From NCBI GenBank assembly GCA_964187785.1, contig OZ076415.1, positions 46,376,001 to 46,440,000 of the forward strand: a DNA stretch of 64,000 nt, in the 5' to 3' direction. Shown here one piece after another: positions 45,600-58,700 of this stretch. Position 1 is the stretch's first letter; each line of letters starts with the position of its first letter. The translations under genes were made by a program, and so were the position numbers. The stretch comes from Amphiscolops sp. MND2022. Taxonomy: Eukaryota. Below the pieces are notes generated by a model. It was not told the origin of the DNA. It saw only the letters and a program-made list of their open reading frames with translations, and did not search any database.

Positions 45600-46335
45600 A
45601 CACGACGTTCTCATTCTTAACCAACACAACCATTTTAACTCGCAACTACAACCAACTACTCATTAAAAACAACATTGCATCTGAGGTTTTTAACTCCCAT
45701 TCCTGAAAAAGACCTGATTCGACGGCAAAAACTAAACATCGGAAGAGTGGACAGAAGCGATTCGACATTATGTAACATACTAAGACGTTGCATTGACATA
45801 ATTAACAATTATTACCAAAAAAACACTCCCAACGACAAGATGGACCGGAAATGGACCGTCAATGCAGCAAGAGATTAGCTGCCCAGTGTGATGAAAGACA
45901 TTACAGCAGGACATTTTAAAACTACCCAGGCACCATGGAATTCATACATATATTCTAGGAGCACTAGATGTCAAAGAGAAATTTCTACCATACCGCGGGA
46001 AAACAGGGAAAACACTGGAGAGTTTGATTGAACTAGAAAAAAATTGCGAATTCAAAACATTAAAAAGAGTATCTACCAATCTCAAAGCAGATTAACAGCA
46101 TCATGGACAAAAATCTTCGTAAATATTTCATCTGGGAGAACACTTAAATTTCAAACAGTCCATGGATTTGATTACAAAATTACATTCAAAAACTGTGAAA
46201 TTAAAAGTCAACCAGTATACCCGCATTCGCTCAAGCCAAAGCGACGACAGGAAAACTGGTACAAAAAATACAAGTTGACAAGACAGAATACAAAACACAA
46301 ACAACCGAAACTACAACTCTCGTGGATTCTGTGAA
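45600..46335 (+). pseudogene. Possible very old retroelement pol-tail fragment
   Basis: A-rich broken frames containing KMDRKWT, reminiscent of the integrase C-terminal K(L/M)xxKW motif. Weak evidence. Confidence 0.2.
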
Positions 46336-46436
46336 CAATTCAATTAGACAACGATCAGCAAAAGACGTGACATGTAACAACTGTTAGTAAACTTTGCCAA
46401 GAAAATCAGATTTATTGACTGAAAAAGATTAAAACC

Positions 46437-46556
46437 AACAAGACGCCTGCTAAGCACCGGAATATTCTCCGCTAAAAATGTAGCGCATCAGCACGGGTTT
46501 GAACCCACGACCTCGTGTCTGCCAGGCAGACAAACTACCAACTGTGCCATGGAGAA
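46437..46556 (-). mobile_element. tRNA-derived SINE
   Basis: A box TGGCACAGTTGG (46549-46538), B box GGTTCAAACC (46505-46496), non-tRNA tail ending GCGTCTTGTT. Confidence 0.7.
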
Positions 46557-46897
46557 TAGAATTTACTAAACGGAGTAATAAAGTGGAGATTTGTCAGAAT
46601 TTGGAGAATTTAGGAAAAACGCAACACAGATTATGATTTTCTCCCCCATTATATGTGGGCGGAAAATAACAATATTATGGACGAAGAAGATGACTACACC
46701 AAAGACATACAACATACATCAGACTACAACAGAATTACACTGTACGAGAACGACAGCACGTGAAATTTTTTGAAATTAACAACCACAAACAAGGTTTTAA
46801 AATCAATACGAGATCGCCGGCAACAATAATGCAATGGAATCAAAAAAGAAACCGTTTGAAACGCAAAAACGCCAGTGAAGTAAAGATCCAAAACGTG

Positions 46898-47270
46898 ACC
46901 AAGCCGGGACCGGCCCAAGTCGGCGCTCCTCTCAAATTTCTCAAATTTTCTCGAATGCAATGGACACAATTTTTAAACTTTTATTTCTCAGTGCCAAAAA
47001 TACACCAAAGGATACGTATAAGACTCGGGAAAATATTTGCTCTAATATAAAACCTCGAAAAACGTTTTTTTTTCTGCTAAAAATTGGGACGTAGTTTATG
47101 TTTGAAAAAAAATCTAGTGTCGAAAAATTTCTGAAGGGAGATCTTTTGTTCTTCCCTTCTTTTTTCAAACATAAAAGTATTTTTGGTTTAGTGCGAGACT
47201 CGAACACAAGTACCCGTCTACTTCAGACCTAGCCATCAGGACCAAGTGGCAGTGCGAACATACTTGAAAA
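46898..47270 (-). mobile_element. tRNA-headed long SINE-like repeat
   Basis: Degenerate A box TGGTCCTGATGG and B box GTTCGAGTC near 47200-47250, shared body motif tttcccgagtcttat...tttggcact, and the family 3' end at 46898-46930. Confidence 0.5.
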
Positions 47271-47454
47271 GTTGAAGAACTTTTTGTAGAACCACTTCCG
47301 ATAGAAAAGGTGTATCGAAGAAAAGTGACGAAAAGCTATGACTTTTTTTCTGGAAAAAGGCGCCAACTGATACTTTGGTATGTTAGATACTGGTATCTAC
47401 ATAGTTCAACGACAAAGCAACTACGTGTTTTTAAAGAAACATAGCGTGTTTATA

Positions 47455-47530
47455 AACAAGATGAGAACGACATAAGTCGGCGCCATATCTTAGGCTCAAA
47501 AAGGACTTCAAAGTGAGAATTATTCTCTTT
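47455..47530 (-). repeat. 3' end of CTTGTT-terminated repeat
   Basis: aacaagatgagaacgacataagtcggcgccatatct...ggacttcaaagtg, parallel to 52744-52820. Confidence 0.65.
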
Positions 47531-48409
47531 TACAGTACCAAAAAAAGTTGGACAGAATAGCTTGAAAAGCCATACAAACCTGTTAATTCATTACATAGCG
47601 CACCAATAATTACTGTACCAGTTTACACAGCCTTTAATTTTTCTCGAATTACAGAAAGTATAACTACAAAGCGCAAACAAATTTTTGCATTAGCATTTGA
47701 ATGCCGGCAAACCTGGTTTATTTTCATTCGCCTAATATTGTGAACTCAGTGCACGAATAATTAGCACTCGTTCGCTTCATCTCAATAATGACTCGGCGTA
47801 CGAATCCATAGATACGAACACTCGCTCGCTTCATCGCGCGAGAACTGAATTGTCTTCGGAACTGCGGAACCAAAATCTGAATTAACAGAGGTCCTCGGAT
47901 CACGAACGGATGTCGGTAAAAAGTTGCATCTTTCAGCTTTTCTATATTTTCCTGTAATCGCAGAAACAATAAATTGGTTTTTGCCTTTGAAAATGGGTTA
48001 CGATGAATCAAAGTTTTTTTCTTCGAACTTTTTTACATTTTCATTTTGCATGGGCTTTTCTTGATTCTCGAATTTATGTCGTTGTAGAACAGTTTGCGGC
48101 GTAAAACATCTCACTGCTGAGCGGGCCTCTTGTATCGATTTCTATCAAACAATTTGTTCATTTTGTTCAACCTGCAGACAACTTTCTTAGAACATACATA
48201 ACATCTAAAACGTACATAAATTCGGATGTAACGTTTTCATAGTTCGGATAACGGTATCGACTTTTCCCCAAACTTTCACAGAATTTGCGTCCAATGTAAA
48301 GCTTTAAGGTCGGGTTTTCAGTACTATAGAAATTTTTGGATTTAAAAAAAATCTTTATCCAACAAGTGATACTAAAACCACGCCCCCCGCGTACACTTTT
48401 GTTCCTTGT

Positions 48410-48960
48410 TTTGGCTTTGTAAGACTTTTTCGGAAATATTTCAATGTCTGCAAAGTGTCCCACTTCATTTTTTGATATTTTGCAAAAGAATGGATGTTAT
48501 AAAATCTCAAAAGGTCCCCCTTTTACATTTTTTGCGCTATGAGACTATTCAAAATTCTCATATTTCGTCTGATATTCTCAATACATATCCAATATTTTTT
48601 ATCAATATAATTAGATTTTTTTTTCCAGAACGGCGTTTTTTCGGTACTTTTTTCTAATCTGTTTTTTATCGAAGCCCCTTTCAATTTTTACCAGAAACCA
48701 ATTTCGCGAGCATAGAGGACTCTTTAGGGTTTTCGACACTATGCGACATACCGGAAACCTTTTTTGAAAGAAATTTCGAAACTTTTTTCTCAATTTTTTG
48801 GTTTCTTTGAGGTTTTCGGCTAAGCGAGATGGGTTTTTTTGCTGTTTACAGTCGAGGAAAAAGTAGTTTCCGAGTCTTATGCATTGGGTATTATTCCTTT
48901 GGGTATTTTTGGCACTGTAAAATTGATCAAATATTGTAAAGACTTCAACTGCTACAATTA
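48410..48960 (+). repeat. Body of the same AT-rich repeat family
   Basis: aaaggtccccctttt, ttttcgacactatgcgac, tttccgagtcttatgc and tttttggcactgtaaaa motifs. Boundaries approximate. Confidence 0.55.
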
Positions 48961-51900
48961 GAGCGGTAAACCCGTCCACATCAACCGGAGGACGAACTGA
49001 AATTCTTACGCCAAATGAAAGTCAACCCACGAATCAGTTACTGAAGGAAAGACTGATTTAACTATGCAAATTTGGAACGGATTACGTTATGCCAAACATT
49101 AACCTTGGCAGAATCCATAAGGAACCGGTAACAAAATAACGTAATATTTAGAAATCTCTGTTACCGGAAATACCAAGCCGATGAACACCATCTAACCTGT
49201 GCAAAATACGGTAAAGAAGAAACGCAGAAACAACTTCGCAATTTACGGCCACTATCAAACTCTTAACTGCGAACTCATTCAGGGACTCGGGGATGTCACA
49301 TCGCTACCATTTAGAGGTCATAGACTCACATGAGAGAGAATTGTTGTCAAACAAACGTTCACAGTGCCAACTAATCTTGGCTATTTACGTCAAGAAACAA
49401 TACATTGTTAGCTGTTATCGTTTTGCGACAAATTGGCCGTTTTTCAGAGTGATCTCGAGACAAAAAAGACTCATTTTCAAACAGGAACGAAATAGTTGAT
49501 TTTTGACACGGTAATCGGCTGTTTTGATCTGGTCTCAAAGTCAGCTATTTTGTACCGTTTGAAAATTGGCTATTATGTCTGGTTCTGGAAATTGGCAGTT
49601 TTGTGTCGCATTCGAGTTGAATATGCAATTTTGAAAAATGGAGAAATAAAACTGGGTACTTTTGTGTACCTTGCTCCTAATTTTGCACTGGGATGAACTT
49701 ATGTTAGCAATTATAGCGTCAGTTTTTGTGCCGCTCAATTGCTTTCGTTTCTCCATCTGCAGCATTCTCATTAAGACTCTCCCAAGTAATTGTTCCCGAG
49801 GTGCAGTGGGAAAATTCCCTTTTTCGAGCTCTTAGGTTGTTCTTAACGAAATGGCTGATCAGTAGATTCGTTCATTTCGAGGTAATATCACCTGTATATC
49901 CTCTGAGTATACATTTGAAGGCGAGGGGCGGGGAGGTTCTAGAAGCATGTCAAGGGATTTTCAGGAGAGCTTATATGAAGGGCATGGGTGATCGTTGATT
50001 GATGATAAGCCACACAGAGAGTACATATTAAATGGTTGGGTAGTAAAAGCTAATTATCTTTTCCCCCACAGAGTTCTTTTTAATAACTTCATTTCTAAAT
50101 TTCTAACTATTCTAATTTCGTAGCCAACTTTTTCTACAAAAAGAAATTTCAGACAACTGGGAGTATTATCAGCCGAGTAGATTGCTTTAATTCAAACTAC
50201 GGAACGTGCATTCACATTGACAATAGCCTTCCCAGTTGCATAGAACTCAGCAAATAAAAGATTTTTCCAGATTTTTGTGGCCAAATGGAAGCGTGAACAA
50301 AAAGGATTGAAGTCAGTTGGCTTAGAAAGTACACGAAGATGGGCAAAAGCCGGGCGAATTAACAAAGAGGAAATTGAAGGTAACGAAAACAGAGGAGGTA
50401 AGTTGAAAGAAAAATTGGGAAATATTGATGCCTTGATCAGCTGAGTTGTTGACGGATAGGCGCACGTGACTTGGCGTCTTGTCATACCTGGTGACGTCTA
50501 TCTGACGATTAGAGGGTGTTGTTTTGTCCCCAGCAGAGATATACAACAAAATTATGACGTCATTTTTTGTCTACTGCTCCTACTCAACTCAAGCTCTGCT
50601 CTGCTCTGCTTTGCTTTGCTCTTTGGAGACTGGTAGCGAGCACAAGCGGCGGTGGCGACGGCTTGTGTTAACCAACAAGGATAAGCAGCGTTTGCAGCAG
50701 AACTGAGCTAATTCCTGAAAAAGAGGGAATTTTGATTGCCTACATCACCTCAATTTTCCGGTATTGTCCCTACGTGGCCGTTTTGCCATCTCCCCCTTCT
50801 TATTCTATCCTCTCTGTACCGTTCAACATCCTTCAGGGATTGGGCTCTTAACACTGACACGTCACTTGCTTCAGTTGGTGTGTCCCGGGGGAAGGAAAGA
50901 AAAAGAAAAAGATTTCAATTCCGCTTCTCTCACTTAACACTGCTGTCTTTTTCAATTCAATCAACTCTTGTTGTTGTCGCAACTATTATTCCGCCGTTGC
51001 GACATATGAAGACTTATTCCGAAAAAAAAAACACGTGTGTCTACTGCACTCTGAAGAAGTCATTTGGCGTTAGCACAAACCTATTGCGCTGTCCCGGGAA
51101 GCAAAACTGGGCAAACTTATTGCGGCAATAGATTTCAGCCACAAAAACAGCCGGGTTACAAAAGCTCAAAGGTATGACTACGTTTTAAATAGTCGGGTTT
51201 GGTTTTGAACTGCTATTAAAATCATAAGTTGCGCTATACAGTACAATATAACCAAAATATCGCAATTCGACCATTCCAGTTGCTGTTATAAAACATATTT
51301 TCCCTGAAGACAAACGGTTTTTGCCATAATTCACGCTTATTGAAAAGCCGACTATAAAATTGGGTCATTTTGAGCGTTTTCAGCAAATCTGTTCAATTTG
51401 TATTCATACTTTTATGTCTCTTATTCACGCTTTCCACAATTCCCAGCTCTTATCATCCTTCTTGTTTTCTGACAATTCCCTTCCCTATTCCAAGCACCCG
51501 TTCCTACCAGTTATGTAACAAGTACCTGTTACCCACTGCTGTTGTTACCCACTACTTTTACCCCTGTATCCCTTCACCCTAGCAACTCTTGTGTTGATAC
51601 CGATGGTGCTACACTGCGCCACACCAACCAACAACAACAAAGGCAACTTATAGTAAAAATAATATATTATAATAACAACAGCAACTACACAAATCATATA
51701 TCATACTTCAATTCGCGCTAACACACGCGTAACTCTCAAATATACTCTGCTGTCTTTCATTCTGTTTCGGCCTTTGGATACATAACACAACAATCAGCCC
51801 CAACAACACCCCCGGGCCGCGGCCTAGAGCAAAACACTCATTCTACCATCCAATTTCATCACGGGCAGCCATTTTCCAATAACTCCTAACTCCCATCTGT

Positions 51901-52463
51901 CTGTCCTTGGGCCCTTTTCACCCTTCCACTTTTCCCGCCGATTCTCTCCTTTGTTTACCATTCTTCGCACCTTTGCATCCGTTAGTACTTTTATCTTTTT
52001 CCTCTTTCACACCCCCAATAAATCTGAGATCGAAAAATTCGCGAGAATGTTCCATTGTTTAAATGATTTACGGAAGAAGTAGAACAACCTTTGCTTTGTT
52101 TCATTTGAGGTAAAGGGGTTCGAAAATTCCCTAACTGTCACCGGGCATTTTTAAACGCGGTCCATAAAACAGAAATGAAGGGGTTAAAAATTTCCTTCTA
52201 GAGGCGTAAAAAATTGGACCATTCAAGAAGAACGGGCACTGTCGCCAATTTCAAAACATGTTGCTTGTCTCCAGAGTAATTATGAAACCCAGCAAATAAA
52301 AGTTTTCCATATCCTCCATATAATGTGATCAAAATCAGTCTTAGTATATTGTGCGAAATCCGAAATATAGTCGGAACATCCGCACAGCTAATTTTCTTGC
52401 AATAGTGTTGATCATGGACTGAATAGCTTTATGAAACTCAAATTTGATGATTCCTTAGACTGG

Positions 52464-54085
52464 AACTTTTACATGCTGCAGGCCTGCAAGCGGGGTAATG
52501 TTTCAAGACGTAGGAACTTCATCAAGCTTCTGGTGGTAAATGCTTTAAGACTACTCTGTAGGTTCCACTAAGTCAAACAAAATCGAAAACTTCTCATTTC
52601 GTTGCCGGCACGGCTCGATCACGATGTTATCACACTCAATCTTTTGATTTCTCAACTACTCATCTGATATTATCACCGCTGCCCACATAGGAGACTTGAG
52701 ATGACGCTAGTTTGCCGTTTGTAGTAACTGGAGTTACTTAGAAAACAAGCCGGGAACGGCAAAAGTCGGCGCCATATGTAATGCTCAAAAATAGCAAAAG
52801 GACTTCAAAGTGTCAAATATTCTCCTTTAAAATGTACCCTTTGGGATTTTTCAACATCCATTCCGTCGCAAAGCATCAGCAAAATTGAAGGGGACTCTTT
52901 GGAGAAACAAATACTTCAAAAAAATTGATTGAAAAATTGCAGAATTATTATGTTTTTTTTTAAAATTCTCAAGGAAACCTATATGTGAAAATATCTCCCT
53001 GTTGTACTGGGTTGTTCTCAAGTTGCTTTAAAAAATTGCCCTAAGTTTGGCGTATTCCTGGTTGATGGCGAAGTTCTGCTAAGTAGTGGTGGTCGAAAAG
53101 AAAGGTTAAAGGAAATCGTTTATTTAGCAGTATCGATCACTTTACAGAGTGATACAAATGAATTACAAGAAGTTTCGCTGACAATGTTAGATTATCGGCA
53201 ATGAATATAGTGTAATTACAGACTTTTGAGGCATTTTGATATATTTGAATGTAGAAAATGACTATATTTTTATGTGATAAGCATGTCTTTACTTGAGCCC
53301 CTTTTTCGCGTTTATGCCCCCTAGACAGAAGATCTTCCTCCTGTTCGAAAGTACCAGTCAGCGAAACCTAATATGTCCCGAACTTTCCTGGTTTTCCGGG
53401 AAAACGTTCCCTCTGTACTAGACGGTAAGCTTTTGTGCATAACATTCAGACATAGACTTTTGAGAAGTTGAAATGAAAAATTCGAATTGAACGGTCAAAG
53501 TTTGAAAGTTAATGGCATTCGCAAAAAGGACAAGTTCGAGCATTCAGTTCATTATTCTTAGCTGACGGCATTGCGCTCATTTGCCAAGCCTTTGTTGCTT
53601 CAAACGTGTTAGCAACATCTTTCGATTGTTTTTTTTGATGTTACGTAATCGAAACAGCTTTACAACGATGTCAGAACAACGTTACAACAATGGCAGAACT
53701 CTTACGACAACAATGTTAGTCAAATTAGAATAACTTATTCCGAACATGGCGGCAATGTCAAACCTTGTAGTTTTGCACGCTGCATATAAAACATTTCTAT
53801 TTTTAAATGCTACTGAAATGTTATCAATTTCACTGCCATTCTCATGCAAAATAATAATACTCACCTATGGAACTGCAAATTAGCATCATATTTAGTGTGC
53901 CTTTAGAGACGCGGATACTACATTAGACGGGTTGTCGGGAAATCAAAGAGCGAATACAACGTGATCGTGTCGGTAATGAATGGGATATACTTCCGGTTTT
54001 AAGTGCAATAGCGGACACCGCAAGGTAACTTTATGTGATTTTCAAAATTTTACCCTGCATGCAGGCCTGCAGCATGTAAAAAGTT
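52464..54085. mobile_element. Possible non-autonomous TIR element (~1.6 kb)
   Basis: ~35-bp imperfect inverted repeats at 52464-52498 and 54050-54085, each containing the palindrome tgcaggcctgca. Confidence 0.35.
52744..52900 (-). repeat. 3' end of CTTGTT-terminated repeat
   Basis: aacaagccgggaacggcaaaagtcggcgccatat. Confidence 0.7.
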
Positions 54086-54565
54086 TCAGCGGCCTAAACT
54101 AGCGATCTTTCAAAAACTTTCAAGCAGTTTTTGTAAAAACCTTCATGCAAAACCTTCAAGCAGTTTGAACAAGGATTTTCATTCAATTTCAATTGAAAAC
54201 TTCATTTCCCAACATACAGTAACTTCTGGTATTACCGACAACCTATTATAAGCAGAGAACCTAGAGGTACATTTTTGAGTTTCTTGAAATTGATTTTTTA
54301 TGACCTCATTATGCACAAACGAAAATGCTATGCTGAAGAACCTGATGTACAGTTTCAATGAGTAAATGGATGTTTACAGTTGATATGATGTCAAAATTTT
54401 TACGGATGAACGAAGAACTGCAAGTGATTCCATCAAATTTCTTTACGTAGGTGTTGCGTGCTGCATTCAAATATCATCCGTATACAGATTATGCTCTTGA
54501 CCACTCAAACATTTTTCTGTTTCCAATTTGCTCCTTGTTCAAAAAGGCCAACAAGGTCACAAATG

Positions 54566-54635
54566 AACAAGACGCCCGCTAAGCACCCGGATATTTTCCG
54601 CCCTTTTCGCCTTCACCAACTGAGCCATAGCTATT
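54566..54635 (-). mobile_element. Internally deleted copy of the 46437-46556 SINE
   Basis: A box TGGCTCAGTTGG joined almost directly to the tail gcggaaaatatccgggtgcttagcgggcgtcttgtt. The B box is missing. Confidence 0.65.
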
Positions 54636-54641
54636 TTGGGA

Positions 54642-54777
54642 AGGGGGAATAGGATCGAAAGAATAAGATCTAAAACTTTAGGATTTTAGATCTTATTCCT
54701 TTTAGATCTTATTCCCGTCCTGAAATTTTAGATCTTATTCCCTTTTTTGACTCAAGATATTATTCCCTATTCCCCCT
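54642..54777. mobile_element. 136-bp mini-MITE
   Basis: Perfect 12-bp TIR AGGGGGAATAGG/CCTATTCCCCCT, with internal agatcttattcc units in both orientations. Confidence 0.65.
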
Positions 54778-54782
54778 CTAAA

Positions 54783-54852
54783 CTAGTCAGAGTCAAGTGG
54801 ATAGATAGTCAAGTGGTAGAGATAGTCAAGTGGATGGAGATAACCAAGTGGA
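54783..54852 (+). repeat. Degenerate ~16-bp minisatellite
   Basis: About four agtcaagtgg..agat units. Confidence 0.75.
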
Positions 54853-54872
54853 GTTTTGGCAGAATTTGAAAA

Positions 54873-55110
54873 AACAAGCCGGGAACGGCCCAAGTCGGCG
54901 CCATATCTAAGTCTCAAAAAACCTCGAAAACCACTTTTTCTACAACTGGAGACAACAAAAGCTCTCAAAAAAACTAAAAATTGAGGAAAAAAATTTTCCA
55001 ATTCGAAATTTTTTTGAAGTTTCCGGTAAGTCGCATAGTGACGAAAAATGTAAAAGGGGGACCCTATGGGATTTTTTGAACATCCATTCTGTTGCAAAAT
55101 ATCAAAAAAG
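54873..55110 (-). repeat. CTTGTT-terminated interspersed repeat
   Basis: aacaagccgggaacggcccaagtcggcgccatatct...agtcgcatagtgacgaaaa, the reverse of the 42610-42909 type. Confidence 0.75.
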
Positions 55111-55776
55111 ATGGGGGGAACAATAAAAAAAAGATACGGGAAAAAATGAGAAATGTGAACAGTCTAACAGTTCCGAAAAAAGGGGAAAAAGAGTTTTTTT
55201 TATCTCATCTTAGAGGCTTTGGATGCGTTGAAAATGAAGTACTAAGTACATATGGTAAAAGTTGGTAAAAGTGCATTAATGCACAAAAAGTGGACAAATC
55301 GCGTTGAACTGACGAAAAAAAACTAGCCACTGTGAGAGTCGTGCCTCTTCTTCGAAAATACCGACTAAAAAACGCATCACATATCATGATTTTCCTCCCC
55401 CATTTGTAAAAAGTGGCGTCGGAAAATAACAATTCCAAGAAACCTTTCATTTAGAACGAGTTATTGCATGGAAGTCATTGTGATGAAAGTCAAGACCAAC
55501 ATGTAGTATATACAGTAAAAGAAATGTTCATGTCAGTTCATATCTATAACGCATTCTCCTTTACGTTTTACGAAGATTCGTTAAAAACCAACACTTTCGG
55601 TTTCAGTTGCTCCTAGGTCAGTGTCGGCATGGACCCATGCCATTGCACAGATTCCTGTCCTAGAAAACTTGAGCAAAATGTTGCCAGAAAAACAAATACA
55701 TTATGGTATCGAAAAACTAAAGACCGCTAATATACCAGAAGAAAACTTTTAAAGGACATTTTTCTTGAGACAAGCA

Positions 55777-58700
55777 TGTCAATGATGATTCACAACATTG
55801 ACTCAACTTGAACACTAAACTATTTTAAACTTTACTTCCTGACTTTTCACGTTTGTTTTCATACTTTTGTTCAAACTGTTGATCAGACTGGTGATTCAAT
55901 GAATGAAATATAAGACGTTTCTTATATGATTTGGCGCAGTTTCAACTTGACTTTTAAAGCCAACCTTTTCGATGAAATTCTGATGCAATCTCAGCAGAAT
56001 TTATTTTTTGGCTTTCTTTTCCGAGCTCTCTCTGGAAAACTTGGTTAGTCCATTCCAATTTTTCGTGGTTCTCAGCGCCCACATTTCTTTTCCACTACAA
56101 AGATTTCGCTTCCCACTCCAAAAATCAGCCTTTTTTGGAACTTTTTCTGGCTTCCCTCCAGCAGCAAAAATGGTTCTCGCATCAATCAAAGGACAAAAGT
56201 GGTTCTTGAACAAACTGAAAAGCAAATTTTTCGAACGACAACAGAAGTGACAGTCCCTACAGCAACTCTCCAGTGTGTACTACAATCTAGCTAGCCTTTT
56301 TAAAGTCTCCATACACGAAAACTTTTTCAGCTTTTACCTAGCTGCATTGAGCGGAGAGTAGGGATTGTCTTTTGAATAGTTTTTTCTTTAACTTAATAGG
56401 CTGATACAAGTGTAAAACGTCTCTTATTAACCTTCTCTGATTAGATAAAGAAAAGTAGCAATAAAACAATTTCTCGGAACGCACACCTCTGATTAGAGGT
56501 CTCGAAACGCCTTTGTCGTTTTTGTCAGATTTTTTCTCCACATTCCATTTTAAGACTTTTTTCAAAGTAGCGTCCAGTCCCGTCCAGTTTCTTCAACTAC
56601 CGTCCAGCAAAAGTACGTAACAGATTGTTCGTTTCGTACGGTGCCCGTGCAGACCCAAACCGTCGCTCGTTCAAAATTTCAACGCAGAAAAGGAAAAAAC
56701 TTTCTTGATGCTATCCTTAAAGTTCTTTTCTTACCGGTTCGCAGCGGTTTTCTTTCCCAAAGATGTCTTACTTCTACTACGATGAACGCTTGTGAACCCG
56801 AAAATCGACACCCCCAACAATTACTTTCGACTGCACGATTGCAAGTTTAAGAACACTTCGAACAGCCTTGCATCGAAGTTGACCTCTGACAACAACATCC
56901 AGCGCCTGCGTGAAATTTTTGCGCAGTTGCAAACTATCGCCGCCAAACTTGAAGAAATCTTCGAACAGGTATCTGCCTTCATGACGCTCGATGATTTGGA
57001 GCTCTTTCTGCAGAAGTCAGCCGAGCTCTCTTTATTTCTTCTACACTATGCTGACAAACTCGCCTTTATGATTGGATCAACATTTTCAAAGCATCTGTTC
57101 ACGATAACAGATCAATCTCACAAACTCACCGAATCACCTACCTGCAAAACTCAATTTCCGGAAAGGCGAAAGACCTCATCCGAGGTTACGCTTGTAGCGC
57201 TGCTTTCTACAACGTCGCGCTAGCGGAACTTGAATCTCGCTTCGGTTCACCGCAACACGTTTTAACAGCCTACATTCGCCGTCTCGAATCATGGCAAAAA
57301 TTGTCATCGCTAAACCACACTATTGTATCGTTTCGAATATTTCTGAAACAGCTGATTCAAATCTTTCTAAATCTCCATTTCACAGCTGATCTGCATTCCT
57401 CAACTGTACTAACCCTTGCCAAGGAAAAACTATCGCACCATTTGTTGCTCAAATGGACTGAACATATAGTTAGAAACCACATGTCAACACCTACTCTGCT
57501 CGATTTCCAACAATGGTTGGATTTTTAAGCGAAAATAGAAACACTCGAACCAACTTGTCAAAGATCCAACGACAACGAACGTTTATCCAAGACCACCGCA
57601 CCAAAGTCATTCAAATTCAAATAATCTGCTTGCCTACCTGTGCTGAGCCGCACTTTGTCTACAAATGCCCCCAGTACGCATCCGCTTCCATGAACGTAAA
57701 ACTTCAAAAGGTCAAGGATCTCATGCTACAATTGTTTGGGCAACTCCCACTTGAAAACCGACTGACCTTGAAAAATCTGATGTCAAGAAGACAACTGTGG
57801 AGCTTCCCTCCACACATCTCTCCACACGCAACTCCGAAAAGGCCTCACTGTCACCGAAAAGAATCCCTCGGCTGACAAAAAGTCTATTTCTAGCAAATCC
57901 AGTTTACAAACTAACGATCAAGATACCGGAGCGTCAACACAGTTTCAACGTTCCCAGAACCAAAACAAATCCTCGCGACAACGACAGTTTGTTGCTGCCG
58001 TCATCGACAAATTTCCCAAAGATTTTTTCCCGTTCTTCTAAATGTTCCCGTTTCCTTCATCAATGGAGACAAAATGTTTGATACATGTGCCTTGATTGAT
58101 CCCGGTAGCACTGGAAAGTAGATCGTAGACCATACCTCGAGATTCTTCAGCTTGAAAACTGGCAAAGAATATAAACAAGATGTACAAAATTTGAGTCTTT
58201 CTTGTTCTTTGTCAGTCTCCGCCACATCATTTGACATTGCACCATACGCCGACAATGACAACAAATTTCGCGTACAAAACGCTTTCTCTAACCGTAATAT
58301 CAACCTTCCCCCTGCCGATACCACCGAACTGAATGATTTTTGTCAACAATTCCCCCAACTCCGTCACAAAAGTTCCAAGACATGAATCAGGGAAAAATTG
58401 GTGTCCTTCTCGGCACCGCTTGTGTCCCGTTCACCCATTCGTTACAGAGGATTCGAGGAGCTCACAGCCATCCTTCCATTATTCGAACGGAACTCGTCTG
58501 GACAAATGCCGGCGAGTTCCTTCTTTCCTCCAGAAAGAAATCTCCCGCCGCGAAGCACCTGCTTTTCTTCGTCTCTCATGAAACATCACATCAGTCAGCT
58601 TCGACCGACATTCTAGAACACTACTGGAATGTTGAAAAATAGAGACTAAACCAACACAAAAAGATGTTTTGTCTACCGACGACAAAGAAGCCCTCCAGAT

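Noticed and set aside
46480-46556. Functional tRNA gene
   Set aside because: A and B boxes are present, but there is no proper acceptor stem or canonical anticodon loop, and it is attached to a repeat tail also found at 54566. Treated as a SINE head.
49125-49167. 9-bp inverted repeat CCGGTAACA/TGTTACCGG
   Set aside because: Single short instance, compatible with chance in 64 kb.
50540-51960. Additional LTR element (PBS-like TGGTAGCGAGC near 50630, LTR-like DNA near 51600-51950)
   Set aside because: No paired repeat, TSD or retroviral ORF could be found.
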